A stretch of DNA of 63,567 nucleotides, filler included, from Octopus bimaculoides (GCF_001194135.2; 7 parts of 6 records of this genome joined end to end with filler, not necessarily neighbours in it); one strand, 5' to 3'; shown: positions 38,339 to 51,507, counted from the whole stretch's first letter. The notes: generated by a model not told the origin, from the letters alone. Made by a program: numbers and translations.

Positions 38339-41300
38339 GGACCAGAAATTCAACACTGGCCATAAAGTCGGGGAGGAATAATTGCACACTGGCCATATAG
38401 ACGGGGACCACAAATAGCACACAGGCCATAAAGTCGGGGACGAATAATTGCACACTGGCCATAGAGACGGGGACCAAATATTGAATACTGGCCATAAGGA
38501 CGGGGACCAAAAACCGGACACTGGCCATAAAGTCGGGGACCAATATTTGCACGCTGGCCATAAAGACNNNNNNNNNNNNNNNNNNNNNNNNNNNNNNNNN
38601 NNNNNNNNNNNNNNNNNNNNNNNNNNNNNNNNNNNNNNNNNNNNNNNNNNNNNNNNNNNNNNNNNNNNNNNNNNNNNNNNNNNNNNNNNNNNNNNNNNNN
38701 NNNNNNNNNNNNNNNNNNNNNNNNNNNNNNNNNNNNNNNNNNNNNNNNNNNNNNNNNNNNNNNNNNNNNNNNNNNNNNNNNNNNNNNNNNNNNNNNNNNN
38801 NNNNNNNNNNNNNNGACCAAAAATTGAACACTGGCCATAAAGTCGGGGAACAAAAATCGCACACTGGCTATAAAGTCGGGGACTATAAATTCAAAACTGG
38901 CCATAAAGACGGGGACCAGAAATNNNNNNNNNNAATTGAACACTGGCCATAAAGTCGGGGTCGAATAATTGGACACAGGCTATAAAGACGGAGACCACAA
39001 GTCGCACACTGGCCCTGATTTCGGGGACGAATAATTGCACACTGGCCATAAAGTTGGGGACCAAAAACTGAACACTGGCCATAAAGTCGGGCACCAAAAA
39101 CTGAACACTGACCATAAGGACGGGGACCAAAAATCGCACCGTGGCCATAAAGACGGGGACCGAAAATTGAGCACTTGCTATAAAGTCGGGGACNNNNNNN
39201 NNNNNNNNNNNNNNNNNNNNNNNNNNNNNNNNNNNNNNNNNNNNNNNNNNNNNNNNNNNNNNNNNNNNNNNNNNNNNNNNNNNNNNNNNNNNNNNNNNNN
39301 NNNNNNNNNNNNNNNNNNNNNNNNNNNNNNNNNNNNNNNNNNNNNNNNNNNNNNNNNNNNNNNNNNNNNAAATATTGAATACTGGCCATAAAGTCGGGGA
39401 CCTATAATTGAACACTGGCTATAAAATGGGGGACCAAAAATCACACACGGGCCATAAAGACGGGGACCAAAAACCGGACACTGGCCATAAAGTCGTGGTN
39501 NNNNNNNNNNNNNNNNNNNNNNNNNNNNNNNNNNNNNNNNNNNNNNNNNNNNNNNNNNNNNNNNNNNNNNNNNNNNNNNNNNNNTACACTGGCCATGAAG
39601 TCGGGGACCAAAAATTCAACACTGGCCATAAAGATGGGGACGAAAAATTGAACACTGGCCATAAATTCGGGGACCAAAAATCGCACAGTCGCCATAAAGA
39701 CGGGGACCAAAATTTCACACCGGCCATAAAGACGGGGACCGAACATTCTACACTGGCCATAAAGTCGGCGAACAAAATTCGCACACTGGCCATAAAGTCG
39801 GGGACCNNNNNNNNNNCATAAAGTCGGCGAACAAAATTCGCACACTGGCCATAAAGTCGGGGACCAGAAATTCAGCACTGGCCATAAAGTCGGGGACGAA
39901 TAATTGCACACTGGCCATAAAGACGNNNNNNNNNNNNNNNNNNNNNNNNNNNNNNNCGGGGACCTATAATTGAACACTGGCCATAAAATGGGGGACCAAA
40001 ATTCGCGCACGGGCCATAAAGTCGGTGACCAAATATTCCACACTGGCCATAAAGTCGGTGACTANNNNNNNNNNNNNNNNNNNNNNNNNNNNNNNNNNNN
40101 NNNNNNNNNNNNNNNNNNNNNNNNNNNNNNNNNNNNNNNNNNNNNNNNNNNNNNNNNNNNNNNNNNNNNNNNNNNNNNNNNNNNNNNNNNNNNNNNNNNN
40201 NNNNNNNNNNNNNNNNNNNNNNNNNNNNNNNNNNNNNNNNNNNNNNNNNNNNNATAAAGACGGGGACGAAAAATCGCACACTGGCCATAAAGTCGGGGAC
40301 CAAAGATGTACACTGGCCATGAAGTCGGGGACCAAAAATTCAACACTGGCCATAAANNNNNNNNNNTACACTGGCCATGAAGTCGGGGACCAAAAATTCA
40401 ACACTGGCCATAAAGACGGGGACGAAAAATTGAACACTGGCCATAAAGTCGGGGAACAAAATTCGCACACTGGCCNNNNNNNNNNAAAGTCGGGGACCAC
40501 AAATCGCACACTGGCCATAAAGACGGGGACCACAACTCGCAGACTGGCGGTAAAGTCGGGGACGAATAATTGCACACTGGCCATGAAGTCGGGGATCAAT
40601 AATTAAATACTGGCCATGAAGTCGGGGACGAATAATTGCACACTGGCCATGAAGTCGGGGACCAAAAATTGTACACTGCCCATGAAGTCGGGCACCAAAG
40701 CTTGCACACTGGCCATAAAGTCGGGGACGAATAATTGCACACTGGCCATAANNNNNNNNNNGCACACTGGCCATAAAGTCGGGGACGAATAATTGCACAC
40801 TGGCCATAAAAACGGGGACGAAAAATTGTACACTGGCCATGAAGTCGGGGACGAATAATTGCACACTGGCCATGAAATCGGGGACGAAAAATTGTACACT
40901 GGCCATGAAGTCGGGGACCAATAATTGCACACTGGCCATAAAGACGGGGACCAAATATTGAACACTGGCNNNNNNNNNNNNNNNNNNNNNNNNNNNNNNN
41001 NNNNNNNNNNNNNNNNNNNNNNNNNNNNNNNNNNNNNNNNNNNNNNNNNNNNNNNNNNNNNNNNNNNNNNNNNNNNNNNNNNNNNNNNNNNNNNNNNNNN
41101 NNNNNNNNNNNNNNNNNNNNNNNNNNNNNNCGGGGACGAAAAATTGTACTCTGGCCATAAAGTCGGGGACCAAAGATTGAGCACTGGCCATAAAGACGGG
41201 GAAGAAAAATTGTACTCTGGCCATGAAGTCGGGGGACCAAAAATCGCACACTGGCCAGAAAGTCGGGGACCAAAAACTGAACACTGGCCATAAAGTCGGG

Positions 41301-41810
41301 GACCAAAATTCGCACAATGGCTATAAAGTCGGGGACGAAAAATTGTACTCTGGCCATAAAGTCGGGGNNNNNNNNNNCGGGGACGAAAAATTGTACTCTG
41401 GCCATAAAGTCGGGGACCAAAGATTGAACACTGGCCATAAAGACGGGGACGAATAATTGCACCCTAGCCATAAAGACGGGGACCAAAAATTGAACACTTG
41501 CCATAAAGTCGGGGACNNNNNNNNNNNCACTGGCCATAAAGACGGGGGACCAAAAATTGAACACTGGCTATAAAGTCAGGGACCAAAAATCGCGCATTGG
41601 CCATTAAGTCGGGGACGAATAATTGCACACTAGCCATAAAGGCGGGGACCAAAGATCGCATAATTGCCATGAATTTGGGGACGAATAATTGCACACTGGC
41701 CATAAAGTCGGTGACCAAAAATTGAACAATGGCCATAAAGTGGGGGACCAAAAATTGCACACTGGCCATATAGTCGGGGACCAAAAATCGCACACTGGCC
41801 ATAAAGTCGG
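38339..41810 (+). repeat. 33-bp satellite, forward block (CACTGGCCATAAAGTCGGGGACCAAAAATTGAA)
   Basis: ACTGGCC recurs at 39041 and 39074 (period 33); the ORF track shows 11-aa periodicity. Confidence 0.97.
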
Positions 41811-42547
41811 NNNNNNNNNNNNNNNNNNNNNNNNNNNNNNNNNNNNNNNNNNNNNNNNNNNNNNNNNNNNNNNNNNNNNNNNNNNNNNNNNNNNNNNNNN
41901 NNNNNNNNNNNNNNNNNNNNNNNNNNNNNNNNNNNNNNNNNNNNNNNNNNNNNNNNNNNNNNNNNNNNNNNNNNNNNNNNNNNNNNNNNNNNNNNNNNNN
42001 NNNNNNNNNNNNNNNNNNNNNNNNNNNNNNNNNNNNNNNNNNNNNNNNNNNNNNNNNNNNNNNNNNNNNNNNNNNNNNNNNNNNNNNNNNNNNNNNNNNN
42101 NNNNNNNNNNNNNNNNNNNNNNNNNNNNNNNNNNNNNNNNNNNNNNNNNNNNNNNNNNNNNNNNNNNNNNNNNNNNNNNNNNNNNNNNNNNNNNNNNNNN
42201 NNNNNNNNNNNNNNNNNNNNNNNNNNNNNNNNNNNNNNNNNNNNNNNNNNNNNNNNNNNNNNNNNNNNNNNNNNNNNNNNNNNNNNNNNNNNNNNNNNNN
42301 NNNNNNNNNNNNNNNNNNNNNNNNNNNNNNNNNNNNNNNNNNNNNNNNNNNNNNNNNNNNNNNNNNNNNNNNNNNNNNNNNNNNNNNNNNNNNNNNNNNN
42401 NNNNNNNNNNNNNNNNNNNNNNNNNNNNNNNNNNNNNNNNNNNNNNNNNNNNNNNNNNNNNNNNNNNNNNNNNNNNNNNNNNNNNNNNNNNNNNNNNNNN
42501 NNNNNNNNNNNNNNNNNNNNNNNNNNNNNNNNNNNNNNNNNNNNNNN

Positions 42548-44702
42548 TTATGGCCAGTGTTCAATTTTTGGTCCCCGACTTTATGGCCAGTGTTCAACTT
42601 TTCGTCCCCGTCTTTATGGCCAGTGTTCAATATGTGGTCCCCGACTTTATGGCCGCTGTGCAAATGTTTGGTCCCGACTTTATGGCCAGTGATCAGTTTT
42701 TGGACCCCGATTTTATGGCCAGTGTTCAATTTTTGGTTTCTGACTTTATGGCCAGTGTTCAGTTTTTCGTCCCCGACTTTATGGCCAGTGTTCAATTTTT
42801 GGTCCCCGACTTTATNNNNNNNNNNTCCCCGACTTTATGGCCAGTGTTCAATTTTTGGTCCCCGACTTTATGACCAGAGATCATTTTTGGTCCCCGACTT
42901 TATGGCCTGTGTTTTATTTTTGGTCCCTGACTTTGTGGCCAGTGTGCAAATGTTTGGACCCCGATTAAATGACCAGCGTGCAAATGTTTGGATCTCGATT
43001 TTATGGCAAGTGTTCAATTATTGGTCCCTGACTTTATGGCCAGTATTCAAATTTTGGTCCCTGACTTTGTTCAGCTTTCAATTTTTGTTCCCCGACTTCA
43101 TGGNNNNNNNNNNNNNNNNNNNNNNNNNNTTTATCGCCAGTGATCAATTTGTGGTCCCCGACTTTATGGCCAGCGTTCAATTTTTGATCTCCGACTTTAT
43201 GGCCAGTGTGCAAATGTTTGAACCCCGATTAAATGGCCAATGTGCAAATGTTTGGACCTCGATTTTATGACAAGTTTTCAATTATTGGTCCCCGACTTTA
43301 TGGCCAGTGTGCAACTTTTGATCCCCGACTTTATGGCCACCATTCAATTTTTGTTGCCCGACTTTACGGCCACTGTTTAACTTTTGGTAACCGACTTTAT
43401 GGCCAGTGTTCAATTTTTGGTCCCCGACTTTATAGCCAGGGTTTAGTTTTTGGTCCCTGACTTTATGGCCAGTGTTCAATTTGTGGTCCCCGACTTTATG
43501 GCAGGCGTTCAATTTTTTGTCCCCGACTTTATGGCCAGTGTTCAATTTTTGTTCACCGAATTATTGGCCACTGTGCAAATATTTGGACCCCGACTTTATG
43601 GACAGTGTGCAAATTTTTGACCCTCAACTTTATGGCCAGTATTCAATTTGTTGTCCCTGACTTTATGGCCAGTGTGCAATTTTTNNNNNNNNNNCCAGTA
43701 TTCAATTTGTTGTCCCTGACTTTATGGCCAGTGTGCAATTTTTGTTCCCCGACTTTATGGCCACTGTGCAAATGTATTGAACCCGACTTTATGGCCAGCG
43801 TGCAAATGTTTGGACTCCGAGTTTATGGGTAGTGATCATTTTTGGTCCCCCACTTAATGGCCAGTGTTTAATTTTTGGTCCGTGACTTTATGGCCAGCGA
43901 TCAATTTTTAGTCCTTGACTTTATGGCCAGGGTTCAATTTTGGTCCCTGACTTTATGGCCACTGGGCAAATGTATTTTACCCGACTTTATGGCCAGTGTG
44001 TAATAGTTTGGACCACGAATGTATGGCCAGTGTGTAAATATTTTGTCCCGGACTTTATGACCAGTGTCGAAATTTTTGGTCTCCGGCTTTTTGGCCAATG
44101 TGTAAATGTGTCCGCCCCGACTTTAAGGCCTGTGTGTAAATTTTTGGACCCCGACTTTATGGCCAATGTGCAAATATTTGGTCCCCGACTTTATGTTCAG
44201 TGTGCAAATGTTTTGTCCCCGACTTTATGGCCAATGTTCAATTTTTGGTCCCCGACTTTATGGCCATTATTCAATTTTAAGTCCTCGGCTTTATGGCCAT
44301 TGTTCAATTTTTTGTTCCTGACTTTATGGCCACTGCGCAAATGTTTGGACCCCGAATTTATGGCCAGTGTGCAAATATTTTGTCCCCGACTTTATGGCCA
44401 GTGTCGAAATGTTTGGACCCTGATTTTATGGCCAATGTGCTAATGTTTGGTCCCTGACTTTATGACTAGTGTGTAAATGTTTTGACCCCGACTTTATGGC
44501 CAGCGTGCAAATGTTTGGACCCCGATTAAAAGACCAGTGTTCAATTATTGGACCCCGACCTTATGGACATTGTTTTATTTTTGGTCCCCGATTTAATGGC
44601 CAGCTTTCAATTTTTGGTCCCCGACTTCATGGCCAGTGTTCAATGTTTGGTCCCCGACTTTATGGCCAATGTGTAAATGATTGTCTCTGACTTTATGGCC
44701 AA
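42548..44702 (-). repeat. 33-bp satellite, reverse-oriented block
   Basis: Units read GGTCCCCGACTTTATGGCCAGTG on the plus strand. Confidence 0.97.
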
Positions 44703-44713
44703 ACCTTTAAACA

Positions 44714-44980
44714 TTGGCCATAGAGAAGGGGTGCAAACTTTTGCACATTGGCGACAAATTTAGGGTCCAAACATATAAACGGTGGCCATACAGTCGGGAT
44801 CCTCACATATATACAGTGGCCATACAGTCGAGCTCCAAACATTTAAACAGTGGCCATAAAGTCGGGGTCCAAACATTTTCACTGGCCGTAAAACGGGGTC
44901 CAAACATTTACACAGTGTCCATAAAGTCGGAGTCCAGACATTTGCACAGTGGCCATAAATTCGGTGTCCAAATATTTACA
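44714..44980 (+). repeat. 33-bp satellite, diverged forward block after the head-to-head junction
   Basis: Units such as CAGTGGCCATAAAGTCGGGGTCCAAACATTT. Confidence 0.9.
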
Positions 44981-45024
44981 NNNNNNNNNNNNNNNNNNNN
45001 NNNNNNNNNNNNNNNNNNNNNNNN

Positions 45025-45036
45025 TTAATTAATTAA
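45025..45036. other. Artificial scaffold-joining linker
   Basis: 44 N + TTAATTAATTAA + 44 N. Confidence 0.97.
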
Positions 45037-45910
45037 NNNNNNNNNNNNNNNNNNNNNNNNNNNNNNNNNNNNNNNNNNNNGTCACTTTCAGGGCACTTGA
45101 CCATTTAACATCTTGCTACTATCATAGCACTCCCGCATTCTTTTCTTCTTCTTCTCTGCCAAGAATTCACAACGACCTCGAACCCACAAGAGTAAACAAG
45201 AGAGACACAGAGAGAGAGGCAGAAACAAGGAAAATGCCCCTTGTATTTGAATACAATGCAAATATTCTTTTAAAAAACTTTTCAATTAATTTTTCTAAAA
45301 TTTAATTGTTTTCCATACTTACAATTGAAAAAGTCTACATGACCGAAACCGGTACTGAAATGTTTTTTTATAAAATTATTTTAGCATTTCCTACCTTGAC
45401 TTTTTCCATATATATATCAACTCGTGTGTTCCTTTTCAACCTTCTACATGTGTGTGTGTGTGTGTGTGTGTGTGCTTTCTCCGTGTTTCAGTTTATCTCT
45501 CACAGTTTTAGGAACGCTATCGGTGTGTTAACACCTCTGTAACCTAGCACTTCGGCAAAAAACAAGTCCATAAGGTAAGTATCAGGATTAAAAGAAGTTT
45601 TAAGGTCGATCTAAGCGACGAAGCCCTTCAAAGTGGTGCCCCAGCATGGCCGCTGTCAAATCGCTGCGACAAGTAAAAGAGTGAAGTAAATGCAGTAAAT
45701 ACTATTAATGTCAGGATTCGAACTTGAAGATGCTAGGATTGCACACAAACACACACAACATGCACGTACATAGATACACACATATACTTACGTATATACG
45801 TATATATGCACATGCAACATGCGCACACAGAAGCACATACAGACATACAAGTTCATGCATACACATATATATTCACATATTCACAAACACAAAGGTGCAC
45901 CTATACTCAT

Positions 45911-45951
<41 letters not shown>

Positions 45952-46303
45952 CACATACTCACACACACACACACACGCGCACACACTCACAAACACACGA
46001 CTACCAGAAAGATTGTGATGGAATAGAATTCATTAAAATATCATGAATGAACACAAAAGACGAAATATTACAAATATTATATAAGAAAGCAGAGTCAGCA
46101 ACATTAATGTGTGTGTGTGTGTGTGTGTATAATGCATATATATAACTACATATACATATATATACATAATACATATATATAATACCTACATATATATAAT
46201 ACGTATATATATGTATATATATATATACCTATATATCCATACATATATGTATGCACATATATATGTATATATATATAATGCATACATATATACATATATA
46301 TAC

Positions 46304-46335
<32 letters not shown>

Positions 46336-46481
46336 TTATATATATATATATATATACGCTTATATATATATGTATATATATATATATATATATGTATGCA
46401 TCAATGTACGGCTAAAGGTATGTATATATGCATTCTGGTCACTAGTACTTAAGAACAAAAGAGAACAAAGTCATGGAAATT

Positions 46482-46547
<66 letters not shown>

Positions 46548-46731
46548 ATAGAGGGGAGTAGTGATTTTGCGACTTAAATTTAGATGAATGAAGTTTTTTT
46601 TTTTTAATTATGAAATCAATTGTCCAATTTAAAAACGGCAACAAAAGCAGTTTGATCGACTTCATTAACAGAAATATTTCCGCTTTGGATTTTCCAGCAT
46701 ATATATATTAAACTATATCATAAATAAATGC

Positions 46732-46786
<55 letters not shown>

Positions 46787-47399
46787 TATATATTCGCGTA
46801 CATATATATTTACAAACATATACATATATATAGATATATATATGTGTATGTGTACATATAGAATACACACACACACACACACATACGCACAGACATACAG
46901 AATTTTAAAAAGAGTAACTAGTAGTTTCATGTCGTAGAGATACACCAATTTGGCAGATTTTTATGACATGCCATGTGTTCCCACATGGAATTTGCATAAC
47001 ATGTGTTTCGAAGCAATCCTTCAGGCTCAGTGCATACTTTTGGTCTTATTTGAAAAGACGCTGGTCTATGAGAAAGATGAAAAGAAAGGAGAAGAAAAAG
47101 GAGAAGAAAGCTGATGCAAAAAAAAGAAAGAAAAAAATGAAACGAGAGGAAAGAAAAGAAAATTTAAAAAATCAAATAAACTTAGATTTGTGTTCCATTT
47201 GTCTATAGAAACCATAATTAATATATCTTGTGTAGAATAGTATAAGAGAGATGAGGTCAAAATCTGTGAGATAGTTACTCAATCCGAAGAGGGTTTTGTC
47301 CTCTAGTTTCAAAAAAAGAAATTAGTCCATGTGCTTGCAGTTGCCATGCAATAAAGTTTAATGCTAAACTGAACAATAATGCTACAGAGACTTATGAAA

Positions 47400-47779
47400 T
47401 GCTCCAGACTGGTCATGGATTGACTTCTATGAACCAGGCATCTGTTTTTTTGCTGGCACAAGAGGCTAGGTGACAACAGTCCACCAGGAAGTTCATGATC
47501 CGTTTTTTTTTTTTGACAGCAAGAACATCGTCTACTTCCACTGGATTCCCTCGTGCCAGACGGTCAACAGAGAGTACATTGTGGAGCTGTTAAGAGAGTT
47601 CAGGAAGAGATTTTGCTGCAAAAGGCCAGAGCACCAGCACCAGAACAATGTATCGGTCCACAATTCCATCCTGGTAACCAACTACTTGACAAAGGCGGGT
47701 TATCAAAATTGTCCCTCACTCTCCCTACAGTCCAAACCTTGCTCCCTGTGCCTTTTGGTTGCCCCCACCCCCCACCCCC
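47400..47779 (+). mobile_element. Degenerate mariner transposase fragment (DD34D catalytic region)
   Basis: FFDSKNIVYFHWIPSCQTVNREYIVELLREFRKRFCCKRPE...QNNVSVHNSILVTNYL matches the mariner pattern FFD..G......P.GQTVN..YY...L.......KRP....DNA..H.S..V...L. The YSPDLAP region is frameshifted or decayed. Confidence 0.8.
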
Positions 47780-48180
47780 NNNNNNNNNNNNNNNNNNNNN
47801 NNNNNNNNNNNNNNNNNNNNNNNNNNNNNNNNNNNNNNNNNNNNNNNNNNNNNNNNNNNNNNNNNNNNNNNNNNNNNNNNNNNNNNNNNNNNNNNNNNNN
47901 NNNNNNNNNNNNNNNNNNNNNNNNNNNNNNNNNNNNNNNNNNNNNNNNNNNNNNNNNNNNNNNNNNNNNNNNNNNNNNNNNNNNNNNNNNNNNNNNNNNN
48001 NNNNNNNNNNNTATGTATGTATGTATGTATGTATCTATGTATGTATGTGCGTATATATATATGTAAATATGTATGTATGTGTATATGTTTACATATTTAA
48101 ATATGTAAATATGTGTATATATGTGTGTGTGTGTGTATATAATATACATGTATGTATGTATGTGTGTATATATATAATAC

Positions 48181-48211
<31 letters not shown>

Positions 48212-48383
48212 TGTATGTATGTATGTATGTATGTACGCATGTAGGTGCGCGCGTGCAATGAGGTAGGGTGAGAGAATAAAGAGAGATTCTTTCTTGTTCT
48301 CCACGAACCGCGAATCTGTAGTCCAAGACCGACGTTCAGTACATGGCCTGGCACCTTATCGTCTGCTTTATCCAGTCTGCTGC

Positions 48384-48397
48384 GTTGTCATAGCAAC
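48384..48397. promoter_or_regulatory. RFX X-box motif
   Basis: GTTGTCATAGCAAC fits the X-box consensus GTHNYY-AT-RRNAAC and sits in a CpG-containing, non-repetitive island (about 48240-48600) flanked by microsatellites. Confidence 0.5.
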
Positions 48398-50761
48398 ACG
48401 ATTTTCACGTAGGGACACGAACAGACATAAATATCGGAGACGTAAATAATGCGCGTTTAGCGGCCGAAACATGTCATATATATTATAAACATATCTAAAT
48501 ACACATATACAGGAATACACGCTTAACCACAACATATGCGGACATATTACCCAGACATATTACATGGTCGTCTGTTCAAACACGCATGCGCATTATATAG
48601 AACATGGTGGAGTTATGACTGAGGCTGTTCATAGTCATTCTTATATGAATCACATACACAGAGTTATACATAAATACTTACAGTTGCACACAGTTACATG
48701 CATGCATGTGTAGACACGCACGCATATACATGTATATGTATATGTGCATATGTGTGTGCGTTTGTATGTACATGTATACATTTGCAAATATGTATTTATA
48801 CAGAGAGAAAAAGAGAGTGACGTATACATGTACATATATGTATGTGAGAATATATAGTGTACATATATATATATATATANNNNNNNNNNNNNNNNNNNNN
48901 NNNNNNNNNNNNNNNNNNNNNNNNNNNNNNNNNNNNNNNNNNNNNNNNNNNNNNNNNNNNNNNNNNNNNNNNNNNNNNNNNNNNNNNNNNNNNNNNNNNN
49001 NNNNNNNNNNNNNNNNNNNNNNNNNNNNNNNNNNNNNNNNNNNNNNNNNNNNNNNNNNNNNNNNNNNNNNNNNNNNNNNNNNNNNNNNNNNNNNNNNNNN
49101 NNNNNNNNNNNNNNNNNNNNNNNNNNNNNNNNNNNNNNNNNNNNNNNNNNNNNNNNNNNNNNNNNNNNNNNNNNNNNNNNNNNNNNNNNNNNNNNNNNNN
49201 NNNNNNNNNNNNNNNNNNNNNNNNNNNNNNNNNNNNNNNNNNNNNNNNNNNNNNNNNNNNNNNNNNNNNNNNNNNNNNNNNNNNNNNNNNNNNNNNNNNN
49301 NNNNNNNNNNNNNNNNNNNNNNNNNNNNNNNNNNNNNNNNNNNNNNNNNNNNNNNNNNNNNNNNNNNNNNNNNNNNNNNNNNNNNNNNNNNNNNNNNNNN
49401 NNNNNNNNNNNNNNNNNNNNNNNNNNNNNNNNNNNNNNNNNNNNNNNNNNNNNNNNNNNNNNNNNNNNNNNNNNNNNNNNNNNNNNNNNNNNNNNNNNNN
49501 NNNNNNNNNNNNNNNNNNNNNNNNNNNNNNNNNNNNNNNNNNNNNNNNNNNNNNNNNNNNNNNNNNNNNNNNNNNNNNNNNNNNNNNNNNNNNNNNNNNN
49601 NNNNNNNNNNNNNNNNNNNNNNNNNNNNNNNNNNNNNNNNNNNNNNNNNNNNNNNATATATATATATATATATATATATAGGTGAACCTCGATAGGTGAA
49701 CCGCAATATGGCGAGGGATTATTGTATTTGTCTGTTTTCTTAAGAGTCGTTGGTTTAATCATTCTGGAAATTAGCAAGATTGTTCACAGACCGACATGAA
49801 ACTCTTTTGCCAAGTCTGCTGTGCATGAGAATTACACCTGTTTTGAATAATTATTATATCCCTAAATATTAATATTCTGATTTTCCGAGACGCACTCCGC
49901 ACTTGCACGAGTAGATGTATGTATGTATGTATGCATGTATGTATAAATATGTACATTCGTGTGTGTGTATGTGTGTGTGTATACATACATACATAAATGT
50001 ATGTATACACATATGTGTGTATCTATGTGTGAGTGTGTGTGTGTGAGTGTGTGTGTGTGTGTGTGAGTATATATGTCGGTTTGTGTGTGTGTATGTGCGC
50101 GCGAATATGTGTGTGCATGTGTATCTATGTGTGTATCTATGTGTGCGTGTGTGAGTGTGTNNNNNNNNNNNNNNNNNNNNNNNNNNNNNNNNNNNNNNNN
50201 NNNNNNNNNNNNNNNNNNNNNNNNNNNNNNNNNNNNNNNNNNNNNNNNNNNNNNNNNNNNCAAATCAACCCCAAGACTTATTCTTTGCATGTGTGTGTAT
50301 ATGTATATATACGCTTACATGCACATGCATACATACACATGCACATATATAACTGTCCGTGACTCAATAAAAATAGACCTCTCATGTACTGATTGGTTAA
50401 CAGAGTGAGCAATATTATTAATAAAATGCAGTAATATGCAAAGTGTCCATAAATTATCTTTACTATTCTAAAAATTCAGAAAACACTGAAGAATAAGAAT
50501 AACTCTGCAAGTTTTATTGGAAAACATAGGCAAACAAGTAAAATTTTTCTTAGAAACATCAGAACACATTTACGTAGGCTCCATTGGTTGCAAGGAAGTT
50601 GATTGAGGGATCCCAACTTTAATAAATACACCAAATTGTGGAAGTTGTAAAGATAATTTACGAACGCCCTGTATTTTCGTATCAGCACTTCCCAATTGGT
50701 TTCATACTACAAGTTGAGATAATCCTAGCAATCGTCAGAAATAAATGAAAGGAAATGTATA

Positions 50762-50827
50762 GCGTGGATTCTTTTCCACAACCCGATGTGACTGTTTCAA
50801 ATGTGTCCGGTGGCAAGGAATCCACGC
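50762..50827 (+). ncRNA. 66-nt stem-loop, pre-miRNA-sized
   Basis: GCGTGGATTCTTTTCCAC (50762-79) pairs with GTGGCAAGGAATCCACGC (50810-27): 16 Watson-Crick pairs, 1 G:U and 1 mismatch, in non-repetitive-looking sequence. Confidence 0.4.
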
Positions 50828-50844
50828 CATGCTTTTTCTTTCAG

Positions 50845-50881
50845 CTTTTTCTGATGATTGCTGGTGTTATCTCAAGTCTTG
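50845..50881 (+). CDS. Candidate 37-nt hydrophobic microexon (LFLMIAGVISSL-G) of an unidentified gene
   Basis: Strong acceptor GCTTTTTCTTTCAG| and donor TG|GTATGA; one frame reads as a transmembrane-like segment. No partner exons were identified. Confidence 0.35.
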
Positions 50882-51089
50882 GTATGAAACTCATACTAAA
50901 GGTAAAGTGAGTAATATGTGAATATAATATTGCATTTTATATATGTATGTATATACGTACGTACGAATGTTTGGATGGATGGATGGATGGATGGATGGAT
51001 GGATGGATGGATGGATGAAGATAAATAGATAAATAGATAGATAGGTAGATAGATAGATAGATAGATAGATAGGTAGATTGATAGATAGG

Positions 51090-51135
<46 letters not shown>

Positions 51136-51381
51136 CTGATTGATTCATATATGCATATATGTTGATAAATATTGAAATATATATATATATATATATATAT
51201 ACTGTGTGTGCGTGTTGAGTAGGTGTAGATTCGTATATATGTGTATGTGTTTGTGCAAGCACACGTGTGTATATGCATGTATAAAGCGTAGATTTATGAG
51301 TGTGTCTACCTCTGTGTGTCTGATTACAAGTATGTGTGTGCATGTGTTTATATTTATGACGGTGTGTGTATGTGTTTGTAC

Positions 51382-51451
<70 letters not shown>

Positions 51452-51495
51452 NNNNNNNNNNNNNNNNNNNNNNNNNNNNNNNNNNNNNNNNNNNN

Positions 51496-51507
51496 TTAAT
51501 TAATTAA
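51496..51507. other. Artificial scaffold-joining linker
   Basis: 44 N + TTAATTAATTAA + 44 N. Confidence 0.97.

Noticed and set aside
39035-43545. HTGHK.. peptides resembling C2H2 zinc-finger HTGEKP linkers
   Set aside because: No CxxC...HxxxH pattern, and the period is 11 aa rather than 28 aa.
38339-44980. 33-bp repeat as a CRISPR array
   Set aside because: Units are contiguous, with no unique spacers, no cas genes and a eukaryotic context: it is a satellite.
45088-45285. Possible minus-strand terminal exon (…EKKKKRMRECYDSSKMLNGQVP*)
   Set aside because: Short, not recognisable, at a scaffold edge, and the splice phase cannot be tested.
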